A stretch of 64,000 nt of DNA from assembly GCA_040400605.1 (NCBI GenBank), contig JBBAPZ010000016.1, positions 1 to 64,000 on the forward strand, written 5' to 3'. A model generated the notes under the pieces. It did not search any database and was not told the DNA's origin. It saw only the letters and a list, made by a program, of their open reading frames with translations. This DNA comes from Candidatus Sericytochromatia bacterium (GTDB lineage Bacteria > Cyanobacteriota > Sericytochromatia > S15B-MN24 > JAQBPE01). The first letter of the stretch is position 1. Every line of letters starts with the position of its first letter. A program made the position numbers and the translations under genes. Positions 48,958 to 58,945 of the stretch are shown here, piece after piece.

Positions 48958-50409
48958 GTGTTGTTGATGTCAGATCCCGTTCTTGCACGACTTGGTGCAA
49001 CATTGGCGCTTTGGGACACCAGGTGGGCGCGCATGTTTGATGACAGTATGATCGCACGCCTGGTGCGCGGGGCCGGGACCTTGTTGGCCATGCCCTTGAT
49101 GCCTTTCGTGGCGGGATCTTGGTGGATCCGGCACCTGGATGCATTGGTGCTTTGGAGCGTTGGTCTATTGTTTTTTTTGTCGCCGCTGGTTGGAACGGGC
49201 ATTAACGCTGCTTTGGTCGTCGTGGCATTTTTATTGTTGGGTTTGCGGTGGGTGGTTCAGCCAGCCTCGCGCCCTTATTGGGCGGCGATCGACTTTGCCG
49301 TGCTCGGTTATGCGATGGTTCACGTGGTTGCGACCTGTTTTTCCGCCTTTTGGCTGGCCAGTACAAAAGGCTTGCTGAAGATGGTGATTTATTGGTGCGC
49401 CTATTTTTGCTTTCGCAACGTCATGACGATTCGTGGCGAGGCGTGGCGATGGGTGATCTTGGCCTTGATGGCGGCTGGAACGATACAGGCAGGGATTGGC
49501 GTCTATCAATGGGGCATCGGGGTTGAACCATTGGCCAACTGGGAAGATCCTGAAACACTGGACCCTCTGACGCGGGTATATGCCACCTTGATGAACCCGA
49601 ACCTGTTGGCAGGTTATCTGCTTCCCATTTTGGCATTGCTGCTGGCTCACGTGTTGATCTGGCGAGGAGTCTGGCGGTGGTTGGCGTGTGCGGCTGCCTG
49701 CTTAAGTGTTGCGTGTATCTTTTTCACCTACAGTCGCGGCGCCTATCTTGCCGTTTTGGCGGAGGGTACTATTTTTGCGCTTGGCGCATTGGCACTCGTT
49801 TGGGCGAATGTCCGACGCAAGGGTACCGTGTTGCTTGCCGCGGGTGCGGCCAGCGTGACGCTTTTGGGGCTTGCGGGCTACAGAATTTTGTCTGACCCGA
49901 GTTTGTTTGCGCGAATCTCATCAATTTTCACGCTTCGCGGACACAGTTCCAATTCATTTCGCATGAACGTATGGACCGGCGTGATTCATATGATCGGTGA
50001 TAATTTCTGGATCGGGGTTGGAATAGGTAACACGGCTTTCAGAAAAATTTACTCACTTTACATGATCAGCGGCTTCGAAGCGTTGGGCGCCTACAATATT
50101 TTTCTTGAAGTGATGGCCGAAATGGGTATTGTTGGCTTGTTGATGTTCCTCGGACTGTTGGGTGTGACCTTTTTTCGGGTCAAAGTCCTGTTTCAGGTTG
50201 AGGAGTGGTCGCATCGTTGTTTGGCCTTGGCCATTCTGGCGGCACTGGTTGGTATGCTGGTAATGGGCATGGTCGATACCGTGTATTATCGGCCGGCTAT
50301 ACAATTGCAGTTTTGGTTTTTGTTGGCCTTGGCTTGGGGTATAGGACCCAAAGAATCAACTTTGGCGGCCAAACAGGGGTCGATCTCGGATCGGACACCT
50401 CTGGCCTGA
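48958..50409 (+). CDS. ictB: IctB-family / O-antigen ligase-like membrane protein
   Basis: RVYATLMNPNLLAGYL, TYSRGA, SSNSFRMNVW, GIGNTAF, AYNIFLE. Confidence 0.82.
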   Translation: MLLMSDPVLARLGATLALWDTRWARMFDDSMIARLVRGAGTLLAMPLMPFVAGSWWIRHLDALVLWSVGLLFFLSPLVGTGINAALVVVAFLLLGLRWVVQPASRPYWAAIDFAVLGYAMVHVVATCFSAFWLASTKGLLKMVIYWCAYFCFRNVMTIRGEAWRWVILALMAAGTIQAGIGVYQWGIGVEPLANWEDPETLDPLTRVYATLMNPNLLAGYLLPILALLLAHVLIWRGVWRWLACAAACLSVACIFFTYSRGAYLAVLAEGTIFALGALALVWANVRRKGTVLLAAGAASVTLLGLAGYRILSDPSLFARISSIFTLRGHSSNSFRMNVWTGVIHMIGDNFWIGVGIGNTAFRKIYSLYMISGFEALGAYNIFLEVMAEMGIVGLLMFLGLLGVTFFRVKVLFQVEEWSHRCLALAILAALVGMLVMGMVDTVYYRPAIQLQFWFLLALAWGIGPKESTLAAKQGSISDRTPLA

Positions 50410-50424
50410 AGGAACGTGTGATCG

Positions 50425-51498
50425 ATGATGGACCCGTTGCTCAATGCACAGATTGACACCATTTTGGTGGTGAATTTCGGTGGTATCGGGGATGAGATTT
50501 TATTTTTTCCGGTCATTCAGTCGTTGAAGGAGGCGTATCCAAAAGCTCGATTGACAGCGTTGGTCGAGCCCAGATGTGAAGGCATCATGCGTTTTAATCC
50601 CGCCATCGATCACGTTGAGGTGTTTGATGCAAAAAATCGGCCGTCGGTGATCGCTTTTGCGGCACTGGTGCTTCGTTTGCGGCGTCAGCGTTTCGATTTG
50701 ACAATCACGGCGGGCTCAAGTCCTGTGATGGCGATTCTGGCCCGTTTGACCGGCGCGCGTTACCGTGTGGGTTACGCTACCCATCGTTTGACTGGTTTGC
50801 TGACTCACAAGGTCCCCTTGAACAAGCAACAGTATGCCGGCGCCATGTATCACGACTTGGTGGGTTTTTTGGGTAAAGCGCCGCGCCTGCCACAAATGTC
50901 GATTCCTGCGCGTGATCGCGAATGGGCCCAATCCTTTTTGCAGGCCCATGGCGTCGCGCCATCGGATCGCGTGGTGTTGTTTCACCCCGGGGTGAGCCAG
51001 TTATCGATTCGGAAGAACATTATCAAGGGGTGGGATCCGCTGCGTTGGGGTGCATTGGGGCGACGGTTGACCGATCAAGGTTTGCGGGTCGTTCTGGCCG
51101 GCGGACCGGATGATGCGGACGTGATGGCCCAATTGCGCGCAAGTGGCGGTTTCCCTTTTATTGATGCTTATGGTCAGACGCAGGGGTTGGGGCAACTGGC
51201 AGCGTTAATGAATGCCGTTCATTTGATTGTGGCGGTGGACTCGGCGCCGATGCATGTGGGTGTTGCTGTCGGTACGCCCGTTGTAGCGGTGTTTGGTCCA
51301 ACGGATCCGCGCAAACTGTTGCCTGCGGGAACGGCGCACGTGGCAGTCTATGACGAAACCCTTGCGTGTCGGCCTTGTCTTTGGGATCATCGGAAAACAT
51401 CGTGCGACGCCTTGAGCTGCCTTAAAAACATCGATGTTGAGCGCGTTGAACGCGCGGTTTTCAAGTTGCTTCCCGGCAAGGCGATTGAAGGAGCGTAG
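50425..51498 (+). CDS. Glycosyltransferase family 9 (heptosyltransferase-like)
   Basis: GGIGDEIL, HPG, DSAPMH, VFGPT, CRPC. Confidence 0.9.
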   Translation: MMDPLLNAQIDTILVVNFGGIGDEILFFPVIQSLKEAYPKARLTALVEPRCEGIMRFNPAIDHVEVFDAKNRPSVIAFAALVLRLRRQRFDLTITAGSSPVMAILARLTGARYRVGYATHRLTGLLTHKVPLNKQQYAGAMYHDLVGFLGKAPRLPQMSIPARDREWAQSFLQAHGVAPSDRVVLFHPGVSQLSIRKNIIKGWDPLRWGALGRRLTDQGLRVVLAGGPDDADVMAQLRASGGFPFIDAYGQTQGLGQLAALMNAVHLIVAVDSAPMHVGVAVGTPVVAVFGPTDPRKLLPAGTAHVAVYDETLACRPCLWDHRKTSCDALSCLKNIDVERVERAVFKLLPGKAIEGA

Positions 51499-51500
51499 CA

Positions 51501-51986
51501 ATGGAGCAATGTCCTGTCGAGTTGAGCAGCACCGACGCCGACCGTCTTTACGGTAGCCACGGTTTGGATGTGTTGCGCTGTCAACAATTGACCCGAGAGC
51601 TCGAAGAACTGAGCGAAAAAATGATTCAGGAGGTGATGATCACCTTTGAGGAGGAAGGCGTTGAGTTGGACTTTTCGCTGGAGAGTTTAGAGGAACTCGA
51701 CGCATTGATCACCCAACATTGGCCGGAACCGATTGAGGACGAGGATGCATTGAGTGCGATCGTCGCAAACTGGGGTGCCTACCTCACGCTGTTGATTCTC
51801 CAGAATGTCGGGGGGCAACTGCGTTTCCGGCGGGAGCTCGAACACGTCAGCATTCATTTTGAGCGACTGGACTGGGAAGTGCTTCCACTCCACCGCGTGC
51901 GGCTACGATTTTCCGGACATACCGACCATACATTAACTGATTATTACATTGGGATCGTTGAGCACTTAACAGCGGAAGCACACTAA
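51501..51986 (+). CDS. Acidic hypothetical protein
   Basis: 161 aa, AAGGAG RBS, 2 bp after GT9; LDFSLESLEELD...WGAYL. Confidence 0.65.
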   Translation: MEQCPVELSSTDADRLYGSHGLDVLRCQQLTRELEELSEKMIQEVMITFEEEGVELDFSLESLEELDALITQHWPEPIEDEDALSAIVANWGAYLTLLILQNVGGQLRFRRELEHVSIHFERLDWEVLPLHRVRLRFSGHTDHTLTDYYIGIVEHLTAEAH

Positions 51987-52024
51987 ATTCGCCCGTCATT
52001 CGGTACGTTCAGCACCCGTCACCC

Positions 52025-52888
52025 TCACGCTGAACGTGTTTTACCGCCCGCGCGACGCTTGGAAACATTTGCGTAGATCTGCGTGGTGGAGATGTCAGCG
52101 TGCCCCAGCAGTTCCTGGATCGAACGAATGTCGACCCCTTTTTCGAGCAAGTGAATGGCAAAAGAATGCCTGAGGGTGTGCGGCGTGATGTCTTGATCAA
52201 CCCCGGCTGACTTGGCCGCGTCCTTGACCATTTTCCAGATACACTGCCGAGACAGACGCCGACCTGCATAGTTCAGAAAGAGCGCGCGCTCGTGTGGACG
52301 GCATTTCTGCGTGGGGCGGATCTGGTTGAGGTACACCTCAATCGCGTGAATGGCAGTCTCACTCAGCGGGATGATACGCTCCTTACTGTCTTTCCCCACT
52401 ATCCTGAGATGGCCTTCGTGCAAATTGACGTCTGAAAGGTTGACGCGAGTCAGTTCGGACACACGGAGTCCCCCGGAATAGAGCAATTCCAGAATGGCCC
52501 GTTCACGCGGCGCGGAACCTGCCCCGGACAACAATTGACAGATTTCATTCTGGGTCAGGACTTTCGGCAAGTAGCGCGCCGTCTTCGGACGTTCGAGAGT
52601 TTGAGCAGGGTTGTCAGATATCGCTTGAGTCTGCACCAGAAAATGATAAAAAGTCTTAAGAGCTGCCAACTTGCGCGCAGAACTGGCACTGGACAACCCC
52701 TTGAGCTTGAGGTCTTCCATGAAGTCGCTGAGGGTAGACTGTGACGTCTGGTCCCACTGTCTCAGACCACACGACGTGGCAAAGTTGAGGTACTGCGTCA
52801 GATCGTTTTGATAGGCTGAAATCGTGTTCTCAGCCAAACCGCGGTCAACTGAGAGGTGCTCGAGAAAATCGCGAATTTTATGCTGCAT
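52025..52888 (-). CDS. xerD: Tyrosine recombinase, XerD-like
   Basis: GLAENTISAY, GLRVSEL, GKDSKER, HTLRHSFA, LGHADISTTQIY; start may be 52948. Confidence 0.85.
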   Translation of the reverse strand: MQHKIRDFLEHLSVDRGLAENTISAYQNDLTQYLNFATSCGLRQWDQTSQSTLSDFMEDLKLKGLSSASSARKLAALKTFYHFLVQTQAISDNPAQTLERPKTARYLPKVLTQNEICQLLSGAGSAPRERAILELLYSGGLRVSELTRVNLSDVNLHEGHLRIVGKDSKERIIPLSETAIHAIEVYLNQIRPTQKCRPHERALFLNYAGRRLSRQCIWKMVKDAAKSAGVDQDITPHTLRHSFAIHLLEKGVDIRSIQELLGHADISTTQIYANVSKRRAGGKTRSA

Positions 52889-53188
52889 CCTGGTTACTTT
52901 CACCTGCTCAAGATCAGTTGGCGGCGTTAATTGGGCCAAGGGGGACATCAATGAAACAATCCATTTCTCGACCGGAATCGGGCATCGCAAGCGTCGTCGA
53001 AACGCGTTGGTTGATTGCATCCTAGCATTGCCACCATCACGTTGTACGTGTGTGATCGCACAGGAACGCCATGTCTGGCGACATCCCTGAAACCCGCCTG
53101 AAATCTAGCTTTCATGCTCTTGTGCCACACACACTTGTGATGCCACCCACGAATCAGTGCGTGATCTGTGATCCGTGTCGGATCACAT

Positions 53189-53224
53189 AAAAAAACCCTG
53201 GTCACCCGTACCGAGTGACCAGGG
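53189..53224 (-). terminator. Rho-independent terminator after the subtilase
   Basis: Minus strand CCCTGGTCACTCG-GTA-CGGGTGACCAGGG followed by a T-run. Confidence 0.85.
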
Positions 53225-53242
53225 CTCATTACACCAAACGTC

Positions 53243-54511
53243 TCAACGCCGCTGTTGGACACCAACCGCCGACAACGCCTTTGCCACATTCACACGACCG
53301 TAGCCAAACCTTTGATCAAAACCCGTCTCGCCAAGATCATCCGCACTGGCTTCAATGCGAGCCTTCACTTCAGCCTGCCTTAACTGCGGAAAATGACTGC
53401 GAACAAGTCCAGCCAAACCCGCCACAAAAGGCGCAGCCATCGAGGTACCACTCATCGGCCCATAACCTTGGGTTGCACGTCCAATCGGGTACGTTGGCAA
53501 AGTGGATAAAATGGCGACGCCAGGCGCCGCGACGGATACCGTCTTGCCGAAGTTCGAGAAGGAAGCCTTGGCATCTTTCGCATCGGTTGCAGCAACCTCA
53601 ATCACGCCAGGATGCGTCGAGGGAAGGTGCGGCGCAGTTTTGGGGTCATTTAAAGCATTGTTGTTACCAGCGGAGGCCACCAACACCACATCTTTGTTCA
53701 ATGCGTATTGAAGCGCGTCCTCGATCACCTGAGACCGCTTGTAAAGCCCCAAGCTCATCGAGATCACATCCGCTCCGTTATCCACCGCATAAACAATCCC
53801 CTCGGCAATGCTGGCATCATCACCGCGTCCCTTTGTATCCAAGACTTTCACCGCCATCAAACCGCAACCGGGCGCAACACCCGCGACGCCCGTCTGATTG
53901 TTGGCAATGGCAGTCGCGATCCCGGCGCAGTGCGTGCCGTGCCCATGGTCGTCTGCAGGGTTGTTGTTGCGATCCAACACGTTGTAACTGGTCGGTACGA
54001 TCTTGCCTGCAAGATCCGGATGGCGCATATCCACACCTGAATCGACAATGGCCACAACCGTCTCGGCCTTGCCCCACTCAATATCCCAGCCTTCAAACGC
54101 CCGTGTGACACCCAAGGCATACTGCTCACCAACCTTGGGATCATCCACGACCTTCTCGGCAACCACCAAATTGGTTGGCGCCGCATAAACGACTTCTCTG
54201 TCCCCCTGCAAACTTTTGAGCACCGCGTCAAGTTTACCGGGCGCACCCGCATCAATCACCAAGGTACGCAAAGGCCCAATTTTGGCCACCACCTTGGGCG
54301 AACCGGCATCCTGGCGCCTCAGGGCCTGCGGAACATTGACCCCCTTCAGCCGGATCACCGCGCGGCGGGTCGATGCACCGGATGCCGAAAAAGCCTGGGC
54401 ATCAAACGGCGACGCACCAAGAGCCGTACGAGCCACCGGCACACTCTGCGACAAGTGACCGCAACCACCAAGGACCATCACCAATGTTAACACCGTCGAT
54501 ACGCGCTTCAT
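53243..54511 (-). CDS. S8 subtilisin-like serine protease, lipoprotein
   Basis: Lipobox LGGC; triad VAIVDSG, HGTHCAG, GTSMAAP. Confidence 0.94.
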   Translation of the reverse strand: MKRVSTVLTLVMVLGGCGHLSQSVPVARTALGASPFDAQAFSASGASTRRAVIRLKGVNVPQALRRQDAGSPKVVAKIGPLRTLVIDAGAPGKLDAVLKSLQGDREVVYAAPTNLVVAEKVVDDPKVGEQYALGVTRAFEGWDIEWGKAETVVAIVDSGVDMRHPDLAGKIVPTSYNVLDRNNNPADDHGHGTHCAGIATAIANNQTGVAGVAPGCGLMAVKVLDTKGRGDDASIAEGIVYAVDNGADVISMSLGLYKRSQVIEDALQYALNKDVVLVASAGNNNALNDPKTAPHLPSTHPGVIEVAATDAKDAKASFSNFGKTVSVAAPGVAILSTLPTYPIGRATQGYGPMSGTSMAAPFVAGLAGLVRSHFPQLRQAEVKARIEASADDLGETGFDQRFGYGRVNVAKALSAVGVQQRR

Positions 54512-54678
54512 GTCTCACCATCCTGCTTCAAAAACGTTCCTGCGACTTTGTTCACGACAGTATAGCACATTTAATTTTCATTTTATTTTTTTTTAAACTT
54601 TTCTTTACCATTGTCTGAGCAGGTTTGCGAAAGGTTGAGCCGATAACGGCTGGGATAGTGTGATAAGGGAGATGACTC

Positions 54679-55452
54679 GTGCGGATTCAGGGCGACAATG
54701 GCGGATTTGCAGCGATCGATCCATTCAGGTTTTGCTGCCATGCTGTGCTCGGCGTGCTGTTTGCCGCAGGCGGTCTGGGATGTTCGAAAGAGGTGCAATC
54801 CCCCGTGTGTCCCGAGCCGATCCAAAGCGGCAGGGATGTGGCGATTTTACCGATGGAGCCGCCGGGGATACCGGGTGGAGCGGCACAGGAAACGGTGTCC
54901 GTCTTGGCGCGTCAGTGGTCGCAGGTCCGCACGTTTAAGGGGCATTATGATTCGTGGGAAAAAGGGAGCGATGTGGAATCGTCCAAGGTTGATTTCTGGT
55001 TGAAACGGCCGGGGCAGTATCGCTACGAAGTATCCCAGTCTTCTGTGACCATCAAAAATGGGAGCAAGTCGGTGTTTGACACCCGAACCCGGAAGATCAG
55101 CTCGAAGCCGGGCGGCATGTTGAGTATCGTGACTTTGCAAGGAACCCTGGATGATGCGCGGAGCAAGTCAACGCGTGGTTACACTTTGGATCAAAGTGAT
55201 TACGCCACGTTGATGGATTTGTTGACTGCTCCGCAAGCGCCGGTTTCGCTGATGCCGGGAAGGCCAAACGTACTGGTTTTGGCGCGTCCGTCAAAGTTCA
55301 GGGATATTGAGTCGATGCGTGCGACCGTCGACCCGGCAAGGGGTGTTTTGACGGGGGTGGAGCTGGTTGTTGGCAATCAGGTCGTCTTGCGTAAAAGTTT
55401 CAGCGCTCACACGGTAAATCCAGCCATTGAAGCGAGCAAATTCAGTCTTTAG
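54679..55452 (+). CDS. Putative lipoprotein with LolA-like fold
   Basis: GGLG-C lipobox-like; FWLKRPGQYRYE and C-terminal NPAIEASKF resemble LolA-family patterns. Confidence 0.55.
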   Translation: MRIQGDNGGFAAIDPFRFCCHAVLGVLFAAGGLGCSKEVQSPVCPEPIQSGRDVAILPMEPPGIPGGAAQETVSVLARQWSQVRTFKGHYDSWEKGSDVESSKVDFWLKRPGQYRYEVSQSSVTIKNGSKSVFDTRTRKISSKPGGMLSIVTLQGTLDDARSKSTRGYTLDQSDYATLMDLLTAPQAPVSLMPGRPNVLVLARPSKFRDIESMRATVDPARGVLTGVELVVGNQVVLRKSFSAHTVNPAIEASKFSL

Positions 55453-55530
55453 TCAAGACCGTGCAAATAGTGCGTGATCCCCTATACTGTTTGAATGAGT
55501 ATGGGCGTGGGGACGTGAATCAGGGCAGCA

Positions 55531-56328
55531 ATGGTCAGTCAGTTTTTTGAGCGACGCGTCAGTGAGCTTGGCCTGCCTTATATGGCGTGGCCGCCCCTGG
55601 GTGTCAGACACGGTTTTTCAACCCGTCTGGGTGGGGTGAGTGGGGGCGTCTATGCGTCCTTGAATCTGAGCGATGCGGTGGGTGATAGCCAGTCCAACGT
55701 GGCAGTCAATCGGGAACGGTGGGTACATGCGTTGGACTTGTCGCGTGATTGTGTCACGGTGCGGCAGGTTCATGGCGATCGCGTCGTGGATGCACAGGAA
55801 GTTGCCGGTGGTCCCGCCTGCGAAGCGGATGCGTTGACGTCAAATCTTCCATCGCTGCCGATTGGTGTGATGACCGCTGATTGCGCGGCCATTTTGTTGC
55901 ATGCGCCAGACGTTGGCGTTGTAGCAGCTGTTCACGCGGGTTGGCGTGGAACGGTCGCGGAAATTGTGATGCAGAGTATCCAGCGGATGTGTCACAAACA
56001 CGGCGCAACGGCCTCCGCGATGCGTGCAGCGATTGGACCGGCAATCGGAGCGTGCTGTTTTGACATCGGACCTGACGTGGCCACCCGGATCCGCTTGAAG
56101 GATTGGGGTGCCAAGGTTTTAACCGAGAGAAACGATCGATGCCACATGGACCTCGTGGAGGCCAATGTGCTGCAAATGACCGCAATGGGGCTTACACGAT
56201 CATCGATTGGTGTCGCGAATCAGTGCACCCGTTGCGCGTCTGATCATTTTTTTTCGTATCGTGGCAGTGGCGGGCTGACAGGACGGATGTTGGCAACGGT
56301 CACCAACGTGCCTGACGGTTCTTCCTGA
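55531..56328 (+). CDS. pgeF: Peptidoglycan editing factor PgeF / YfiH
   Basis: FSTRLGGVS, QVHG, TADC, HAGWRG, FFSYR...GRM. Confidence 0.93.
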   Translation: MVSQFFERRVSELGLPYMAWPPLGVRHGFSTRLGGVSGGVYASLNLSDAVGDSQSNVAVNRERWVHALDLSRDCVTVRQVHGDRVVDAQEVAGGPACEADALTSNLPSLPIGVMTADCAAILLHAPDVGVVAAVHAGWRGTVAEIVMQSIQRMCHKHGATASAMRAAIGPAIGACCFDIGPDVATRIRLKDWGAKVLTERNDRCHMDLVEANVLQMTAMGLTRSSIGVANQCTRCASDHFFSYRGSGGLTGRMLATVTNVPDGSS

Positions 56329-57173
56329 TGCGCGTGCCAGTTTTGGGTTTTGTCGTTGGACTTGTTTCGATTTCGCTCATCTTGATGCTTGGCTTACGCG
56401 TCTTGTTCAGATGGTTCGCGCTGGATGCTTCAGCGTCATCCTTGCCGTGGTTCTCTTTGTTGGTGTCCGTTTTTTGTGTGTTGACGCCAGCCATCGTTGC
56501 CATCTACTGGCCGCCGCGTGTGGCATTGGGAAAGTTCCCCAGTCTCCGGATCGGGCGCGTGGGCCCCTCATTGGGTATCTTGTTTTTGTCTGGCCCGATC
56601 TACATCTGCTTTGCGTCAATCGAGTTGACCATCGGAGGAAGGTTGCACGCCAACGCCTTGGCAACCGGTGATACGTGGCTGCCGCAGGCGAGTTGGGAAA
56701 TGCTGGTCTTCGCCTGGTTCGCCTTGGGACTTTTGCCAGCAATCAGTGAAGAGATGCTTTATCGCGGTGTGGTGCAAGGTGTTTTGATTCGCGCTTTGGC
56801 GCCTTGGGTCGCGATCGTGGTGACCGGCGGACTCTTTGCGGTGGCGCACCTGGATGTGTCGGGTTTGTTACCGCGCTTGCTTCTCGGACTCTGGTTCGGT
56901 TATTTGTATCGGGAAACCGGCAAACTTGGCGTCGCCATTTTTGCGCATCTTCTCAACAATTCTTGGGCACTCGTTTTGGCCGCGCTTAGCGTGTCACTGG
57001 ATACATTGCCCGGTCACGTCTGGTTTTTGGCTTGGTTGTTGGTGATATTGGGTATTGGCGTCTGGGTGTGGGATTGGTACAAGATGCGTCAGGCAGAAGA
57101 AAATTGGCCCGCGATGCTGCAACGCACTGATGAGCCGCGCTTCATTCCTCTGAAGCTGCCCGAATCCGACTGA
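56328..57173 (+). CDS. CPBP (CAAX/Abi) intramembrane metalloprotease
   Basis: EEMLYRG, FAVAH, HLLNN; TGATG coupling to pgeF. Confidence 0.88.
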   Translation: MRVPVLGFVVGLVSISLILMLGLRVLFRWFALDASASSLPWFSLLVSVFCVLTPAIVAIYWPPRVALGKFPSLRIGRVGPSLGILFLSGPIYICFASIELTIGGRLHANALATGDTWLPQASWEMLVFAWFALGLLPAISEEMLYRGVVQGVLIRALAPWVAIVVTGGLFAVAHLDVSGLLPRLLLGLWFGYLYRETGKLGVAIFAHLLNNSWALVLAALSVSLDTLPGHVWFLAWLLVILGIGVWVWDWYKMRQAEENWPAMLQRTDEPRFIPLKLPESD

Positions 57174-57378
57174 CGTCCTGATTGGGAAACAATTCCGTGG
57201 TGGCATCGTTGGTTGCAGTTGTTGCCTCGAAAAACGCAGTGGCGCTTTGTCTGCATCCCGGCCATCGTCAATCGTTCTGGCGCAAACGCACGCATTCACG
57301 ATGCGATGGGATTGACAAGGTGTTTGGAAGCGATTTAAAAAGCCAGTCTTGAGTGTCGAATCCCGCGAGCCAGGCGCC

Positions 57379-58185
57379 TCAGGAGGCGTTCACAAGTCGA
57401 TTGCGGAAGCGATTCCATAACTGCCAGAGCACGAAACCGAATCCGACCAGCACCATGGGGACACTCAGCAACATGCCGGCCGTGATGTTGGGCATGATGA
57501 AAGACAGTTGGGCATCAGGCTCGCGAAAAAACTCGGCGATGATTCGAAACGTGCCATAAAAGCCGAAGAAGCTCCAGAACAACACGCCGGGTGGCAGATT
57601 CCTGGTACGCGTGAACCACAAAATCAAGAACAGGACGACGCCTTCGAGCGCAAACTCATAAAGTTGAGAGGGGTGTCGCGGTAAATTCAGGGGATCCGTT
57701 GGAAATTGCATCGCCCAACTGACGTCAGTGGCGCGGCCCCAAAGTTCGCCGTTGATAAAATTGCCCAGACGTCCGAGGCCAAGGCCGATCGGAATTGCTG
57801 GAATCACCGCATCCGCGATGCGGTAGAAGGGTATGCCGCGCGTGTAGCTGAACAACAGGCCGCCCCAAATGGTGCCGATCAAACCGCCATGAAATGACAT
57901 GCCGCCATGCCACAGCGCGAATATCTCCAGAGGATGCATCAGAAACATCAATGGGTTGTAAAACAGTACATAGCCCAGTCGCCCACCCAACAACACGCCC
58001 ATGAAAATGTAGAACGCGAAATCAGACAAGGTGTCGGCATCGAGCCGCAAATCGGTTTCTTTGGCGCGTTTTTTCAAGATCGCGAATCCCGCGACGAAAC
58101 CCAGAATGTACATTAGTCCGTACCAGCGGACCTGCAACGGTCCGAGGCTGATCAACGTTGGACTGAATTGAGGATAAGGGATCAT
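57379..58185 (-). CDS. lgt: Prolipoprotein diacylglyceryl transferase
   Basis: VRWYGLMY, GGMSFHGG, GRLGNFINGELWGR, HPSQLYE; AGGTG RBS before ATG 58185. Confidence 0.96.
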   Translation of the reverse strand: MIPYPQFSPTLISLGPLQVRWYGLMYILGFVAGFAILKKRAKETDLRLDADTLSDFAFYIFMGVLLGGRLGYVLFYNPLMFLMHPLEIFALWHGGMSFHGGLIGTIWGGLLFSYTRGIPFYRIADAVIPAIPIGLGLGRLGNFINGELWGRATDVSWAMQFPTDPLNLPRHPSQLYEFALEGVVLFLILWFTRTRNLPPGVLFWSFFGFYGTFRIIAEFFREPDAQLSFIMPNITAGMLLSVPMVLVGFGFVLWQLWNRFRNRLVNAS

Positions 58186-58354
58186 GGCGTATCTCACCTT
58201 TCCAGGATCCGGACCCACCGCGCGTTTCCGGCAAGGCACCCGAGCCTGACCCCTTATCTTACCACGACTGATTATGACCTTCGACACGTTTTGCCACCCA
58301 AGAGGCTGGTGCCTGGCGTGCCGTGATAAAATACCCGATGGGGAGGACGATGGT

Positions 58355-58912
58355 TTGACTGAGTTGCCGTTGCAGGTTTTGATCAGTCCGTTTGTGATTG
58401 CCTTGGTGGCGATCGCCTTGATGGGCTTCGCTGGTCGCGATCGCATCAACACGGAATCCCAGATGTCAGGTCGCATCAAAGACTTGGCAGGTAGTGTCAA
58501 AATGCGGCTTCTGTGCTATCTGGGGGGTCACCCGGATGTCCCTGGTTTCTTTCTTGCCCCGGTTGTGGTGTTTGCCAAAGACGGATTGCTTTTGTTTGAG
58601 CGGCGTGGACGACGTGCGATCGCCACACTCCCTTGGGCCGCGCTTGAACAATGGCAAGTTGAAACCTTGCCTGCTTTTGAAGTCGCATCCAGCACGGTAC
58701 GGGGCTTGGATCGTGCGGTGCTCGCTGAGTTGCCACCCGATTGCTTGATCGCTCGCTTTCGCTATCGAGACGACAATGGGTGGTGGCAAAATGTCGCACT
58801 CGGCTTGCACGGGCCTGATGCGGCGAGTCAGATTGCAGCGATGGAAACCCACGTTCCGGTAACCGCCAAGGCGATTCATAAACCGACTCCGGGATCGGCT
58901 GAGGCGAGCTGA
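58355..58912 (+). CDS. Hypothetical protein with N-terminal TM helix
   Basis: GGAGG RBS before TTG 58355; one TM helix then YLGGHP and a beta-rich domain. Confidence 0.55.
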   Translation: MTELPLQVLISPFVIALVAIALMGFAGRDRINTESQMSGRIKDLAGSVKMRLLCYLGGHPDVPGFFLAPVVVFAKDGLLLFERRGRRAIATLPWAALEQWQVETLPAFEVASSTVRGLDRAVLAELPPDCLIARFRYRDDNGWWQNVALGLHGPDAASQIAAMETHVPVTAKAIHKPTPGSAEAS

Positions 58913-58945
58913 ACACGTCACAGGGGCATCTGCTACAATGATTGC

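Noticed and set aside
52025..52888. Prophage or island integrase
   Set aside because: Sequence is XerD-like; no att repeats, tRNA or phage genes seen nearby
53215..54108. 297-aa plus-strand ORF
   Set aside because: Antisense shadow of the subtilase
54560..54615. AT-rich tract as origin or foreign DNA
   Set aside because: Short, lies between divergent genes, no DnaA boxes seen; explained as promoter DNA
58186..58500. Long N-terminal extension of Lgt in the ORF track
   Set aside because: Homology starts at MIPYP (58185) with its own RBS; the extension overlaps a divergent gene
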